This document shows, piece by piece, positions 1 through 9,716 of a stretch of 64,000 nucleotides of DNA (the first letter of the stretch is position 1; each line of letters starts with the position of its first letter). The DNA comes from Candidatus Campbellbacteria bacterium. GTDB taxonomy: Bacteria > Patescibacteriota > Minisyncoccia > Phycocordibacterales > GCA-2747955. Made by a program: the position numbers and the translations under genes. Below the pieces are notes generated by a model, which was not told where the DNA came from, did no database searches, and saw only the letters and a list, made by a program, of their open reading frames with translations. Where the stretch lies: contig PDQZ01000008.1 in NCBI GenBank assembly GCA_002747955.1, forward strand, positions 5,983 to 69,982, read 5' to 3'.

Positions 1-1857
1 AATAACTGGGATTTTTACAAAAACTTTGATGGAGAACTTGTGTTTAAAAAAGATAAAATTAACACTCAAAGTTCTTTGTTTAAAAGTAATTTAGATATTT
101 CAATGTCTGATAAGAACAACTGGCTTGAAGTTGAAACAGAAATCTTTATTGGAAAAGAAAAATATAATATTGATTTTTTAGAAAAGTTTTTAGAAAGTAA
201 AGATGACTTTTTTTACAAAGAAAATGGAGAAAGGGTGGAAGTTAAAAATAAAGAAGAACTTCAAAAATTTATATATATTTTAAAAACTTTTAGAATTAAA
301 AATACAGGAAAAACTCAAATTTCAAAAAACAATGCTTTTGTGTTGAATGAATTTTTCAAACAAGATCAGACTTACAGTGTTTCAAAAAATAAAATTTTCA
401 AAAATTTTATAAATGATTTGAAAAATAAAAAGAATTTTGAAAATATTAAAATTGATAAAAGATACGAAGATATTTTAAGAGAATATCAAAAAAAGGGGGT
501 TGAGTGGATTTTGTTTTTAAAACACTATGGTTTTTCTGGAATTTTAGCAGATGATATGGGGCTTGGTAAAACTTTGCAAGTTTTGGCGGTTTTGGATATG
601 TATAAAGTAAAAAACAAACCTTCTTTGGTGGTTTGTCCAAAAACTTTAATTCAAAACTGGAAAGATGAAATCCAAAAATATGCTCCAAACTTAAAATATA
701 TAGATGTAACGGGTGACCAACAAGAAAGAAAAAAACAAATTAAAAGTTTAAAAAAATATGATGTGGTTTTAACTTCGTATTCACTTTTACAAAAAGATAT
801 TGAGCTTTATAATCAAGAAGATTTTGATTTTAATTATTTGATTTTAGATGAAGCACAGTATATTAAAAACTTTAGAACTAAAAATGCAAAAGTGGTTAAA
901 AATATTGATGCCGATTACAAGCTAGCGCTGTCAGGAACTCCTGTTGAAAATAATTTAACAGAACTTTGGTCTTTGTTTGATTTTTTAATGCCGGGGTTTT
1001 TAGGAAGTATAAAAGATTTTGAAAATGCTTTTGTAAATTCAAAAGAAAGTGAAAAGCTTAATTTTTTACGAAAGAAAATTTCACCTTTTATTTTAAGGCG
1101 AGAAAAAACACAGGTTTTGAAACAGTTGCCTTCAAAAACGGTTCAAAATATGTATGTTCAAAATACAGATGATCAAAATGTTTTGTATCAAGAGATTTTA
1201 AAGTCAACTAAAAAAGAGATTTTTGAAAAAATTAACAAGGATGGTTTTGGGAAATCGTATTTACATATTCTGTCGGCTTTAACAAAGTTAAGACAGGTTT
1301 GTAACCATCCAAATTTAGTTTTGAAAGAAAAAGATTTTAGAAAGTTTTCTTCTGCTAAACTTGATTTGTTTTTGAACTTAACTCAAGAGATTGTTTCTGA
1401 GAAAAGAAAGGTTTTGGTTTTTTCACAGTTCACATCAATGCTTGATATACTTTCTGAAAGTTTAGATCAGAAAAAAATTAAATATGAAGTTTTGACTGGA
1501 AAAACAAAAAACAGAAAAGAAGTAATTGAGAATTTTTCAAAAAGCAAAAATACAAATGTATTTTTAATTAGTTTGAAAGTGGGAGGTTTGGGGTTAAATT
1601 TAACCCAGGCTGATACGGTGATTATTTTTGATCCATGGTGGAATATTGCGGTTGAAAAGCAAGCTGAAGATCGAGTGTATAGAATAGGGCAGAAAAACAA
1701 AGTTAATGTTTATAAGCTGATTTCCAAAAATACAGTTGAAGAAAAGATTTTGAAATTGCAAAAGAAAAAATCTTTTTTGTTTGATTCGGTGATGAAAGAA
1801 AGTGGAGACTTTTCAAAGAAGTTAAATATTGATGATATTAAAGATATTTTTGAATAA
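1..1857 (+). CDS. SNF2/RapA-family DNA-dependent ATPase/helicase (5'-partial; frame is open to window start, listed GTG at 40 is probably internal)
   Basis: DEXH-type ATPase motifs LADDMGLGKT and LILDEAQYIKN, LSGTPVENN, C-terminal helicase motifs GGLGLNLTQADTVIIFDPWWNIAVEKQAEDRVYRIGQ. Confidence 0.8.
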   Translation, partial: NNWDFYKNFDGELVFKKDKINTQSSLFKSNLDISMSDKNNWLEVETEIFIGKEKYNIDFLEKFLESKDDFFYKENGERVEVKNKEELQKFIYILKTFRIKNTGKTQISKNNAFVLNEFFKQDQTYSVSKNKIFKNFINDLKNKKNFENIKIDKRYEDILREYQKKGVEWILFLKHYGFSGILADDMGLGKTLQVLAVLDMYKVKNKPSLVVCPKTLIQNWKDEIQKYAPNLKYIDVTGDQQERKKQIKSLKKYDVVLTSYSLLQKDIELYNQEDFDFNYLILDEAQYIKNFRTKNAKVVKNIDADYKLALSGTPVENNLTELWSLFDFLMPGFLGSIKDFENAFVNSKESEKLNFLRKKISPFILRREKTQVLKQLPSKTVQNMYVQNTDDQNVLYQEILKSTKKEIFEKINKDGFGKSYLHILSALTKLRQVCNHPNLVLKEKDFRKFSSAKLDLFLNLTQEIVSEKRKVLVFSQFTSMLDILSESLDQKKIKYEVLTGKTKNRKEVIENFSKSKNTNVFLISLKVGGLGLNLTQADTVIIFDPWWNIAVEKQAEDRVYRIGQKNKVNVYKLISKNTVEEKILKLQKKKSFLFDSVMKESGDFSKKLNIDDIKDIFE

Positions 1858-1862
1858 GGTTT

Positions 1863-1980
1863 TTGGAAAAATAAGATGAATAACGCGGAGACAAATAAAA
1901 AATACCCAAGGTGTATTATTACAGTGAGGGTATTTTTTATACGGTCGACAAAGTTAGTCGCTTATTTTTTAAGTTTTTTC
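1863..1980 (-). repeat. MITE-like intergenic repeat family A, copy A1
   Basis: terminal inverted repeats of AAAAACTTAAAAAAT type, central AT-stem hairpin; near-identical to copy at 40011-40132. Confidence 0.6.
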
Positions 1981-2088
1981 TTCTTTGCTTTTTCTTCAAG
2001 CATAGCCTTTTTAATAGCTAGTCTTTTAGCTGTCTTGTGATTTCTCACAGTTCTTTTTTTGTCTATTCCTGTTGCTCTTTTTGCCATA
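1969..2088 (-). CDS. small basic protein, 39 aa (MAKRATGIDKKRTVRNHKTAKRLAIKKAMLEEKAKKEKT), possible ribosomal or nucleic-acid-binding peptide
   Basis: manually translated ORF below the 60-aa track cutoff; TATAAT box about 13 nt upstream of ATG on minus strand; stop codon lies inside repeat A1. Confidence 0.3.
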
Positions 2089-2131
2089 ATGTCTTATATT
2101 ATAACATTAAAAAATAAAATTGGAAGTTTAA

Positions 2132-2172
2132 AAAAGTCCAAAATTCGCTTCGCAAATTTTGGACTTTTCTAA
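2132..2172. terminator. perfect 12-bp inverted repeat hairpin (AAGTCCAAAATT / AATTTTGGACTT) with T-run
   Basis: seen directly in sequence between small ORF and helicase gene. Confidence 0.4.
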
Positions 2173-2223
2173 AATAACAAATATTACCTTGAATTTTATA
2201 AATTTTATTTTTTCAAATATGAT

Positions 2224-2229
2224 ATAATG
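2224..2229 (+). promoter_or_regulatory. TATAAT -10 box 5 nt upstream of ATG (leaderless-type promoter)
   Basis: gatataatgttttATG; no Shine-Dalgarno sequence. Confidence 0.4.
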
Positions 2230-2234
2230 TTTTT

Positions 2235-5200
2235 ATGAATAATAATTTAGAACAAAAGTTTAAAGAGGCTTTTGAAAGTTTAAATCAAAACCAAAAAAAG
2301 GCAGTGGAACAAACAGAAGGTCCAGTGGTGGTAAATGCAGGTCCAGGAACTGGAAAAACTCAAATTTTGGCATTAAGAATTGCAAATATTATCAAAAAAA
2401 ATACAGCTGAAACCGCATCTTCGATTTTGGCTTTGACTTTTACAAATTCAGGTGTTGTTTCGATGAGAAAAAGGTTGATTGAATTTTTAGGCACAAAACT
2501 TGCATATTCTGTAAATATTTTTACTTTTCACTCTTTTTGTGAAGAGCAAATTAAAAACTTTCCAGAATATTTTCCAAAATATCAAAACTCGACTGTTGTT
2601 GACAATATTTTACAATATCAAATTGTTGAAGATATTTTAAAACAAAAAGACTGGCAGTATTTTAAAACTTTTGGTTCTACAAAACACTATGTTGCAGATA
2701 TTGTTTTTGCTATTTCAAAAATCAAAAGCGAAGGTTTAAGCAAAGAAAAACTTTTAGAAAAAAACGAAAACTTCAAAAAACAAATCGAACTTGACGAAAA
2801 TTCTTATTATAAAAGAGATGGAAAGTACGGAAAAAAAGGGGATTTGAAAAAAGACATTTTGAAACCTTATGAAAAAAACTTAGAACTTGCAGAAATTTAC
2901 GAGCTTTACGAAAAAAGTCTTGAAGAAAAAAACTTATACGATTTTTCAGATATGATCTTGTCTGTTGTAAAAGAAGCTGAGAAAAAATCGGACTTTCTTT
3001 TTGATTTGCAAGAAAAGTTTTTATATATTTTAGTTGATGAACATCAAGATACAAACGAAGCTCAAAATAAAATTGTCGAACTCATCGCATCAGCCGAAGT
3101 TTTGGAAAACAAACCAAATGTTTTTACAGTAGGGGATCCGAAACAAGCCATTTATCGTTTCGCTGGTGCTTCAAAAGAGTCTTTTGAAAATTTTAAAAAT
3201 ATTTACACTGACGTTTTGGAAATTACTTTGGATAAAAACTACAGATCAAGTCAAAATATTTTAGACGCATCTTACAGTACAATTTCTGAAAACAAACTTA
3301 TTTCAAGTAACAAAGCTTTGGAAAACGAAAAATCAAAAATAAAAGTGAAAGAATTTTTGACATATCAAGGTGAACTTTATGCTTTAACTCAAAGTATTAA
3401 AAAACAAAAAGAAAGCGGAGTTGAGTATAAAGATATTGCGGTTTTTTACCGTGACAACAAGCATTTGAAAGAAATTAAAAACACTTTAAATAAAAACGAT
3501 ATTCCAGTTTCTGTTTTTTCAAAAGAAAATATTTTGGAAGATATTGGAATTTTGAAATTGTTTAAAATTTTAAAAGCAGTTGATAATTTTTACCAAAATA
3601 AATTTGTTTCAGAAGCCATGTTTGTTGATTTTTTGAATATAAATTATTTAGATATTTTAAAAATAAACAAAACAGTTACAAAAGGAAGAAACGACAAATC
3701 AATTTACTCTTTGATCACAGACCAAAAAAGACTTGAAAAGAAAAATCTGGAAAACCAACAAGAAGTTTTGGACTTTGGAAACTTTTTGAAAGAACAAAAA
3801 GAGTTTGAAAAAAATCATTCTTTTTTAGAGTTTTTTGAAAACTTTATTAAAAAATCTGGATTTTTAGAATATATTTTAAAGTCAGAAAACAGCGCAAACG
3901 ATTTGCAAAAGCTTGATAGGTTTTATAATTTGGTCAAAGATTTTTATGCCAATGACAAAAACTTAAACTTAGAAAAGTTTTTAGAAAAAATCGAAGTTTT
4001 AAAATATTATAATTTAAAAGTTGAGATTAAAGAAAACTCAACAACAGACGGTGTAAACTTGATGACAGCTCATGCTTCAAAGGGTCTTGAATTTGATTAT
4101 GTTTATATTACAAATTTTGCAAACAAAGTTTGGGGGAATAAAAAAAACCCAGGTAGAATAAAACTTCCTATCAAGATTGCAGAAGGGGATAATGACGATG
4201 AAAGAAGACTGTTTTTTGTGGCTCAAACTCGGGCTAAAAAAGGTCTTTGTATTTCGTATTCAATATATGACAACAAAGGAAAAGAAAGATTACCATCTTT
4301 GTTTTTGGAAAATCTGGAAGATGAGTTGATTGATTTTGAAAAAACACAAAATGATAAAAAAGAGCAGGTGCTTTCAAGCTTTGAACCGTTGAAGCAAAAT
4401 AAAAAATCTATTTTGGATAAAGATTTTATTCAAGAAGAATTTTTGGAAAGAAAACTTTCAGTTTCAGCTTTAAATAATTATTTTCAATCTCCTATTTTGT
4501 ATTTTTTTAGAAACTTGATTCGAATTCCTTCTGTTCAAAACAAAACTTTGATTTACGGAGATGTAATTCACAAAAGTTTGGAAACATTTTTTACTCAGTC
4601 AAAAGAAGAAGGGAAAATTTTGTCACAAAAAAAGCTTTTAGAAATTTTTGTTGATGTTTTGGAAAAGTCAGATATTGATTCAGTTGATTTTGAAGAAACT
4701 GAAAAAAGGGGAAAGGAATGTTTGAAAAATTATTACAATTTTTATAAAAATGATTTTAGTTTAGATATTGAAACGGAGAAATTTATCAACAAGGTGGTGT
4801 TCAATATTGACGATGAAAAACATTTGGAGTTGATTGGTTTTGTTGACAAAATTATTAAAAATTCTGATGGAAGTGTGACAGTTGTTGATTATAAAACCGG
4901 AAAACCTTGGAGTAAGAAGAAAAAAGAAGAAAAAGAAGATTTGAAAAGACAGTTAACTTTTTACAAACTTTTACTTGCAGAGTATGAGTTTGGAAAATAT
5001 AAGTTTAAGGAAGCTGTTTTGGACTTTGTTGAGCCAAACGACAACGGCGAGTTTGAAAGAATAGTTTTTAACACAGACGAGCTTGATGTTGAAGTCTTGA
5101 AAAATGAAATTAAAGAGTTTGCAGAAGATATTTTGTCAGGAGAATTTTTGCAAAAAGCACTTGTGCAAAACAAACTTTCAGACAGGCACAAAGAGTATGA

Positions 5201-5252
5201 AGAGTTTTTGGATACAATGGGATTTGAGTTTGGGCAGAAAGAGTTGTTTTAG
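2235..5252 (+). CDS. UvrD/PcrA/AddA-family SF1 helicase with C-terminal PD-(D/E)xK RecB/Cas4-like nuclease domain
   Basis: Walker A VVNAGPGTGKTQ, DEHQDTN box, FTVGDPKQAIYRFAGA, C-terminal VVDYKTGK and QLTFYKLL nuclease motifs; 1005 aa. Confidence 0.8.
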   Translation: MNNNLEQKFKEAFESLNQNQKKAVEQTEGPVVVNAGPGTGKTQILALRIANIIKKNTAETASSILALTFTNSGVVSMRKRLIEFLGTKLAYSVNIFTFHSFCEEQIKNFPEYFPKYQNSTVVDNILQYQIVEDILKQKDWQYFKTFGSTKHYVADIVFAISKIKSEGLSKEKLLEKNENFKKQIELDENSYYKRDGKYGKKGDLKKDILKPYEKNLELAEIYELYEKSLEEKNLYDFSDMILSVVKEAEKKSDFLFDLQEKFLYILVDEHQDTNEAQNKIVELIASAEVLENKPNVFTVGDPKQAIYRFAGASKESFENFKNIYTDVLEITLDKNYRSSQNILDASYSTISENKLISSNKALENEKSKIKVKEFLTYQGELYALTQSIKKQKESGVEYKDIAVFYRDNKHLKEIKNTLNKNDIPVSVFSKENILEDIGILKLFKILKAVDNFYQNKFVSEAMFVDFLNINYLDILKINKTVTKGRNDKSIYSLITDQKRLEKKNLENQQEVLDFGNFLKEQKEFEKNHSFLEFFENFIKKSGFLEYILKSENSANDLQKLDRFYNLVKDFYANDKNLNLEKFLEKIEVLKYYNLKVEIKENSTTDGVNLMTAHASKGLEFDYVYITNFANKVWGNKKNPGRIKLPIKIAEGDNDDERRLFFVAQTRAKKGLCISYSIYDNKGKERLPSLFLENLEDELIDFEKTQNDKKEQVLSSFEPLKQNKKSILDKDFIQEEFLERKLSVSALNNYFQSPILYFFRNLIRIPSVQNKTLIYGDVIHKSLETFFTQSKEEGKILSQKKLLEIFVDVLEKSDIDSVDFEETEKRGKECLKNYYNFYKNDFSLDIETEKFINKVVFNIDDEKHLELIGFVDKIIKNSDGSVTVVDYKTGKPWSKKKKEEKEDLKRQLTFYKLLLAEYEFGKYKFKEAVLDFVEPNDNGEFERIVFNTDELDVEVLKNEIKEFAEDILSGEFLQKALVQNKLSDRHKEYEEFLDTMGFEFGQKELF

Positions 5253-5291
5253 AAAAATCCAGCGCCGACGAAGTCGGCGCTGGTTTTTGCT

Positions 5292-6185
5292 TTACTTAAT
5301 TCTATACTTTCCCAAATATTCCTTGACCACATTTTGAATTTCCAGAGTCGATAAAACAATATTTAATTTTGTAATATCAAAACCAGATTCTTTTTGCAAT
5401 TCGGACTTTTCTTTTGGTTCTTTTAACAAATCCAAAATTATTTTTTCATCTTCTGAAAAATTTTCAAAATCAATCTTTAATTGCTCAACTTTTTCATTGT
5501 CGACTTTTTCTCCCAAAAGTTCTAAAATATCGTTACCACAAAAAACAGGGTTTGCACCTTGTTTCAAAAGCTTGTTTGAACCTTTTGAGTATTCAGAAAA
5601 AATGGAGTTTGGAATTGCGCCTAAGTTTTTGTTGTAATCCAAAGCAAGTCGGGCTGTAATCATTGTGCCAGATTTTTCACCGGCTTCCACTACCAAAACT
5701 GCATCAGATAGTGCTGTCATAATTCTGTTTCTTTTGGGAAAAGTCCAGTTTGTGGCTTTAAAATTGTCTTCAAATTCTGAAATCAAAGAACCGCCACTTT
5801 CTAAAATTTCTCTTGCTAGTTTTAAATTTGTTTTGGGGTATAAAACTTCTTCTGAAAGTCCACTTCCTGGAACAGCAATAGTTTTTAGACCGTATTTTAA
5901 AGCAAGTTTGTGAGCGTGCGCATCAATGCCCAAAGCAAGTCCTGAAATAATTACAATTTTTTTGTTGTGTGAAATTTCAGAAATAATTTTTTCTAAAGCA
6001 TCTTTGGCATAAGCGGAGCAGGCGCGTGATCCAACCACAGTTAAAAATTTGTATTTATTTTTTTCAAAAATTGGTCCTTTTACGAAAAGTTCTTTTGGAA
6101 AATCAGGAATATGGTTCAGTTTATATAAAAAAGAATTTTTAAAATCATCTTTTAAAATTTTTTGACTTTCAGGGAAGTTAAACAT
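5292..6185 (-). CDS. dprA: DNA processing protein DprA/Smf
   Basis: Rossmann-like SMF core VVGSRACSAYAKDALEKII...ISGLALGIDAHAHKLAL...GTMITARLALDYNKNLGAIP. Confidence 0.85.
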   Translation of the reverse strand: MFNFPESQKILKDDFKNSFLYKLNHIPDFPKELFVKGPIFEKNKYKFLTVVGSRACSAYAKDALEKIISEISHNKKIVIISGLALGIDAHAHKLALKYGLKTIAVPGSGLSEEVLYPKTNLKLAREILESGGSLISEFEDNFKATNWTFPKRNRIMTALSDAVLVVEAGEKSGTMITARLALDYNKNLGAIPNSIFSEYSKGSNKLLKQGANPVFCGNDILELLGEKVDNEKVEQLKIDFENFSEDEKIILDLLKEPKEKSELQKESGFDITKLNIVLSTLEIQNVVKEYLGKYRIK

Positions 6186-6271
6186 AATTTAATAATATAT
6201 TTTTTTCAAAGAATTTGCAAATATTCGTGAGGCAAGGCCTCACGGAAGACCTCACGGAAATTGGAAGCGGG

Positions 6272-6313
6272 CCCGAAAATTTGGGTGCGTGGTTGTGCTG
6301 CCAAATTTTCGGG
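6272..6313. repeat. hairpin family C copy (stem CCCGAAAATTTGG, loop containing GTGGTTGTG = reverse of CACAACCAC)
   Basis: perfect 13-bp stem, conserved loop motif shared with 5 other hairpins; lies in leuS -35 region. Confidence 0.5.
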
Positions 6314-6337
6314 TTTTTTTAGAAAATATGATAAAAT

Positions 6338-9205
6338 ATGTCTATGACAAATAATTACAATCATAAAGAAACTGAAGATAAAATCAAAAAAAATTGGCAA
6401 GAAAATCAAGTTTCTCAAAAACTAAAAGAAAAGAACAAAAATGGAGAAAAATTTTATCTTTTAGATATGTTTACATACCCTTCGGCAACAGGTGTTCACA
6501 TGGGTCACGCTTTTGTTGGGTCTGTAACAGATGCACTTTACAGATATAAATCAATGAGAGGGTTTAATACTCTGCACCCTGGTGGGTTTGATTCTTTCGG
6601 TTTGCCTGCTGAAAACTTTGCTGTTCAAACAGGTATTCACCCTAAAACTTCGACTGAAGAAATAATGGAAAATTTTAAAAAGCAGTTTTCAAATGTTGGG
6701 ATTGATTATGAATTTCACGATGGTGTTATAACTTCAAGTCCAGAATATTACAGATGGACCCAATATCTTTTTGGAAAGTTTTTTGAAAACGGACTTGTTT
6801 ATAAAAAAAATACAAAAGCAAACTGGTGTGATTCTTGTAAAACAGTTATTGCAAACGAGCAAGTAGAAGGTGGAGTGTGTGAAAGATGTAAAACACAAAT
6901 TGTTCAAAAAGATATTCCATCTTGGATGTTTAAAATTACAGATTTTGCAGATGAGCTTATAAACGATTTAGACAAAGTTGACTGGCCAGAATCAACAAAG
7001 AAAAATCAAATAAACTGGATTGGAAAATCCGAAGGAGCAGAAATTGATTTTGATGTAGTTGAAAGTGAATATGTAGACATAAACAGAGACGGGGGAAAAG
7101 ACACATACCAGAACGGTGTTGAGGAAATTGAAAGACACAATGTGGTTGTAATTATTGAACACCCAGAAAAAGAAGAATTTTTATGTGTTAAATGGAAAAA
7201 AGTTGACTGGCAGGGATTTGTTACAGGTGGAATTGAAAACGGTGAAAGTGTGAAAGAAACTGCTTTAAAAGAAGTTGTTGAAGAAACAGGTTATCAAAAT
7301 CCAGAAATTGTAAAAGTTTATAACCAGTCTTCACACGGAAAGTTTTATCATGTTGGAAAAAAGGTAAATCGGTTTGCGCATTATAGAGTTGTGCATGTGA
7401 AACTTAAAGACTTAGAGCAAAAGGAAAGATCTCAAGAAGAGCAAGATATTGCAGATATTTTTTGGGTTCCAAAAAATGAGGTAAATGATTTTCTAAAAAG
7501 GGAAGATATGAAATATCCGTGGAGAGTGGTAAATGGGGAAAATGATTTTGGTCAAAAACTAAAAGTTTTTACAACAAGAGCCGATACCATTTTTGGTGCA
7601 ACTTATATGGTTGTGGCTCCTGAGCACAAACCTGTAAAAGAATTTTTAGAAAACGGAAAAATTCGAAATAAAAATGAGGTTCAAGATTATGTCAAAGAAA
7701 CAGAAAAAAAATCAGAACTTCAAAGACTTGAAGCTAAAGAAAAAACAGGGGTAAAACTTGAAGGTATTGAAGCTATAAACCCTGCAACAAAAAAACAAAT
7801 TCCAATTTTTATTTCAGACTATGTTTTGTCATCTTATGGAACAGGAGCAATTATGGCTGTGCCTGCACACGACGAACGAGATAACGAGTTTGCTCAAAAG
7901 TTTGGACTTGAAATTAAAGAAGTTGTAACTTCTGAAAACAAAAAAGAAGATAAAGTTTTCACAGACAAAGGAGTTTTGGTAAATTCAGAACGGTTTGATG
8001 GAAAAACTTCAGATGAAGCTATAGATGAAATTGTTCAATTTGTTGGTGGAAAAAAAGTTTCAAATTATAGATTGAGAGATTGGTCTATTTCTCGACAGAG
8101 ATATTGGGGTTGTCCAATTCCGATTGTTTATGACAAAAACGGTCAGGCAAAATTTGTGGGTGAAGAAAATTTGCCATGGACTCTTCCTGAAGATGTAGAT
8201 TTTGTTCCAGACGGAACAGCACCACTTGCAAAATCAAAAGAATTGAAAGAACGAACCCAAAAACTTTTTGGAGATGGTTTTACACCAGAAGTTGATACAA
8301 TGGATACTTTTGTTGATTCGTCTTGGTATTTCTTGCGATATCCTGATTCTGAAAATCAAGATGAATTTTGTTCAAAAGAAATATTGGAAAAGTTTTTGCC
8401 AGTTGATTTGTATATTGGGGGAGCAGAACACACTTACATGCACTTGCTTTACGCTCGATTCTTCACAAAAGCAATGAAAAAACTTGGACTTTTGAATTTT
8501 GATGAACCGTTTTTAAAACTTCGTCATCAGGGAATGGTTTGCGACGAACATGGAAAGAAAATGTCAAAATCAAAAGGAAATGTAGTAAATCCAGATGATG
8601 CAGTTGAAAGGTTTGGAGCAGATGCTACAAGAACTTATTTGTTGTTTTCATCACCGCTACAAGATGATGTGATCTGGAATGAAGATGGAGTGGTGGGAGC
8701 ATATAGATTTTTGGAAAAAGTTTTCAGACAGAAAAATAAAGTTGTAGATGAAGAGGTTTTGGAGGTTAAAAAAGAGCTTGCCAAGACTGAAAAGAAATTC
8801 ACACAACATATAGAAGATTTGAAGTTTAACACCGCTATTTCATTTTTGATGACATTTATAAACTTTTTGGACAAGCAGGAAAAAATTAATAAAAATGATT
8901 TTGAAGATTTTCTAAAAATGCTTTCTATTTTTGCGCCTTTTGTTTCAGACCAGCTTGCAGAGAAAAACTTGATTTTGGAAAATTGGCCAAAGTTTGATTC
9001 TGAACTTGTAAAAGAAGACAGTATTACAGTTGTGGTTCAGATAAACGGTAAAAAAAGAGCAGAGCTTGAAGTTTCACCTGAAATAAATCAGGATGAAATT
9101 GAAAAACTTGTTTTGGAAAATCAAGATGTTTTAAAATGGACTGAAGGCAAAGAGATTAAAAAAATTATTTATGTTAAAGGAAAGTTAGTTTCGGTTGTGG
9201 TTTAG
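6338..9205 (+). CDS. leuS: leucyl-tRNA synthetase with an inserted Nudix-like domain
   Basis: HIGH motif (HMGHAF), KMSKS motif, zinc knuckle CDSC...CERC, editing-domain VFTTRADTIFGATY; about 160-aa insert (aa 245-405) carrying Nudix box GGIENGESVKETALKEVVEETGY. Confidence 0.95.
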   Translation: MSMTNNYNHKETEDKIKKNWQENQVSQKLKEKNKNGEKFYLLDMFTYPSATGVHMGHAFVGSVTDALYRYKSMRGFNTLHPGGFDSFGLPAENFAVQTGIHPKTSTEEIMENFKKQFSNVGIDYEFHDGVITSSPEYYRWTQYLFGKFFENGLVYKKNTKANWCDSCKTVIANEQVEGGVCERCKTQIVQKDIPSWMFKITDFADELINDLDKVDWPESTKKNQINWIGKSEGAEIDFDVVESEYVDINRDGGKDTYQNGVEEIERHNVVVIIEHPEKEEFLCVKWKKVDWQGFVTGGIENGESVKETALKEVVEETGYQNPEIVKVYNQSSHGKFYHVGKKVNRFAHYRVVHVKLKDLEQKERSQEEQDIADIFWVPKNEVNDFLKREDMKYPWRVVNGENDFGQKLKVFTTRADTIFGATYMVVAPEHKPVKEFLENGKIRNKNEVQDYVKETEKKSELQRLEAKEKTGVKLEGIEAINPATKKQIPIFISDYVLSSYGTGAIMAVPAHDERDNEFAQKFGLEIKEVVTSENKKEDKVFTDKGVLVNSERFDGKTSDEAIDEIVQFVGGKKVSNYRLRDWSISRQRYWGCPIPIVYDKNGQAKFVGEENLPWTLPEDVDFVPDGTAPLAKSKELKERTQKLFGDGFTPEVDTMDTFVDSSWYFLRYPDSENQDEFCSKEILEKFLPVDLYIGGAEHTYMHLLYARFFTKAMKKLGLLNFDEPFLKLRHQGMVCDEHGKKMSKSKGNVVNPDDAVERFGADATRTYLLFSSPLQDDVIWNEDGVVGAYRFLEKVFRQKNKVVDEEVLEVKKELAKTEKKFTQHIEDLKFNTAISFLMTFINFLDKQEKINKNDFEDFLKMLSIFAPFVSDQLAEKNLILENWPKFDSELVKEDSITVVVQINGKKRAELEVSPEINQDEIEKLVLENQDVLKWTEGKEIKKIIYVKGKLVSVVV

Positions 9206-9220
9206 AAACAAGAAAAAAAG

Positions 9221-9268
9221 AAAATCAGCGGAGCTGATTTTCTTTTTTCTTTTTTCTTTTTTTTGGGG
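9221..9268 (+). terminator. rho-independent terminator after leuS
   Basis: hairpin AAAATCAGC GGA GCTGATTTT followed by long T-run. Confidence 0.55.
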
Positions 9269-9273
9269 GTTTG

Positions 9274-9308
9274 AATTTTGCCCGCAGCCGAAGGCTGCGG
9301 GCAAAATT
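9274..9308. repeat. GC hairpin GCCCGCAGCC-GAAG-GGCTGCGGGC (twin of 19940-19980 in opposite loop orientation)
   Basis: identical 10-bp GC stem recurs at 19946-19968 with loop TTCG. Confidence 0.5.
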
Positions 9309-9349
9309 TCAAGTATTTATTTATTTTTATTTTTTGTTAAAATATATGT

Positions 9350-9697
9350 ATGAAAAAATATTACTTAATTTTAATTTCTTTTTTGCTGCCGTACCTTGTT
9401 TATGCACAAGGGGGTGGTGTTGGGATCAAATCACCCTTTACACAAGAAGTTGGTAGCCTGGTTGATTTATTAAAAATAATTATAAAAGGAGTGACTTATG
9501 TTTCAATTCCAATTTTGGTTTTGGCATTTATCTATTCAGGTTTCATGTTTATTAAAGCCCAGGGGGATACAAATGAATTGGGTCGAGCAAAAAAGATTTT
9601 AATTACAACTGTTGTGGCGGCAATGTTAATTTTAGGATCAAATGTAATTCTAACTATGATTTCAGATACAGCTGATGCAATTTTGACAACTTCTTAA
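9350..9697 (+). CDS. small secreted two-TM protein, TrbC/VirB2-pilin-like fold
   Basis: signal peptide MKKYYLILISFLLPYLVYA then two hydrophobic helices; homologous to C-terminus of 47269-48426 product (shared YSGF/YTGF-x-FI-A-G-AKK pattern). Confidence 0.55.
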   Translation: MKKYYLILISFLLPYLVYAQGGGVGIKSPFTQEVGSLVDLLKIIIKGVTYVSIPILVLAFIYSGFMFIKAQGDTNELGRAKKILITTVVAAMLILGSNVILTMISDTADAILTTS

Positions 9698-9716
9698 TTT
9701 TTAAATAACACAAAGT

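Noticed and set aside
446-688. Numerous 60-110-aa antisense or overlapping ORFs inside confident genes (for example 446-688, 2773-3054, 8268-8477, 22060-22323, 22826-23157)
   Set aside because: They lie inside well-supported conserved CDS, have low-complexity or hydrophobic junk translations and no promoter context.
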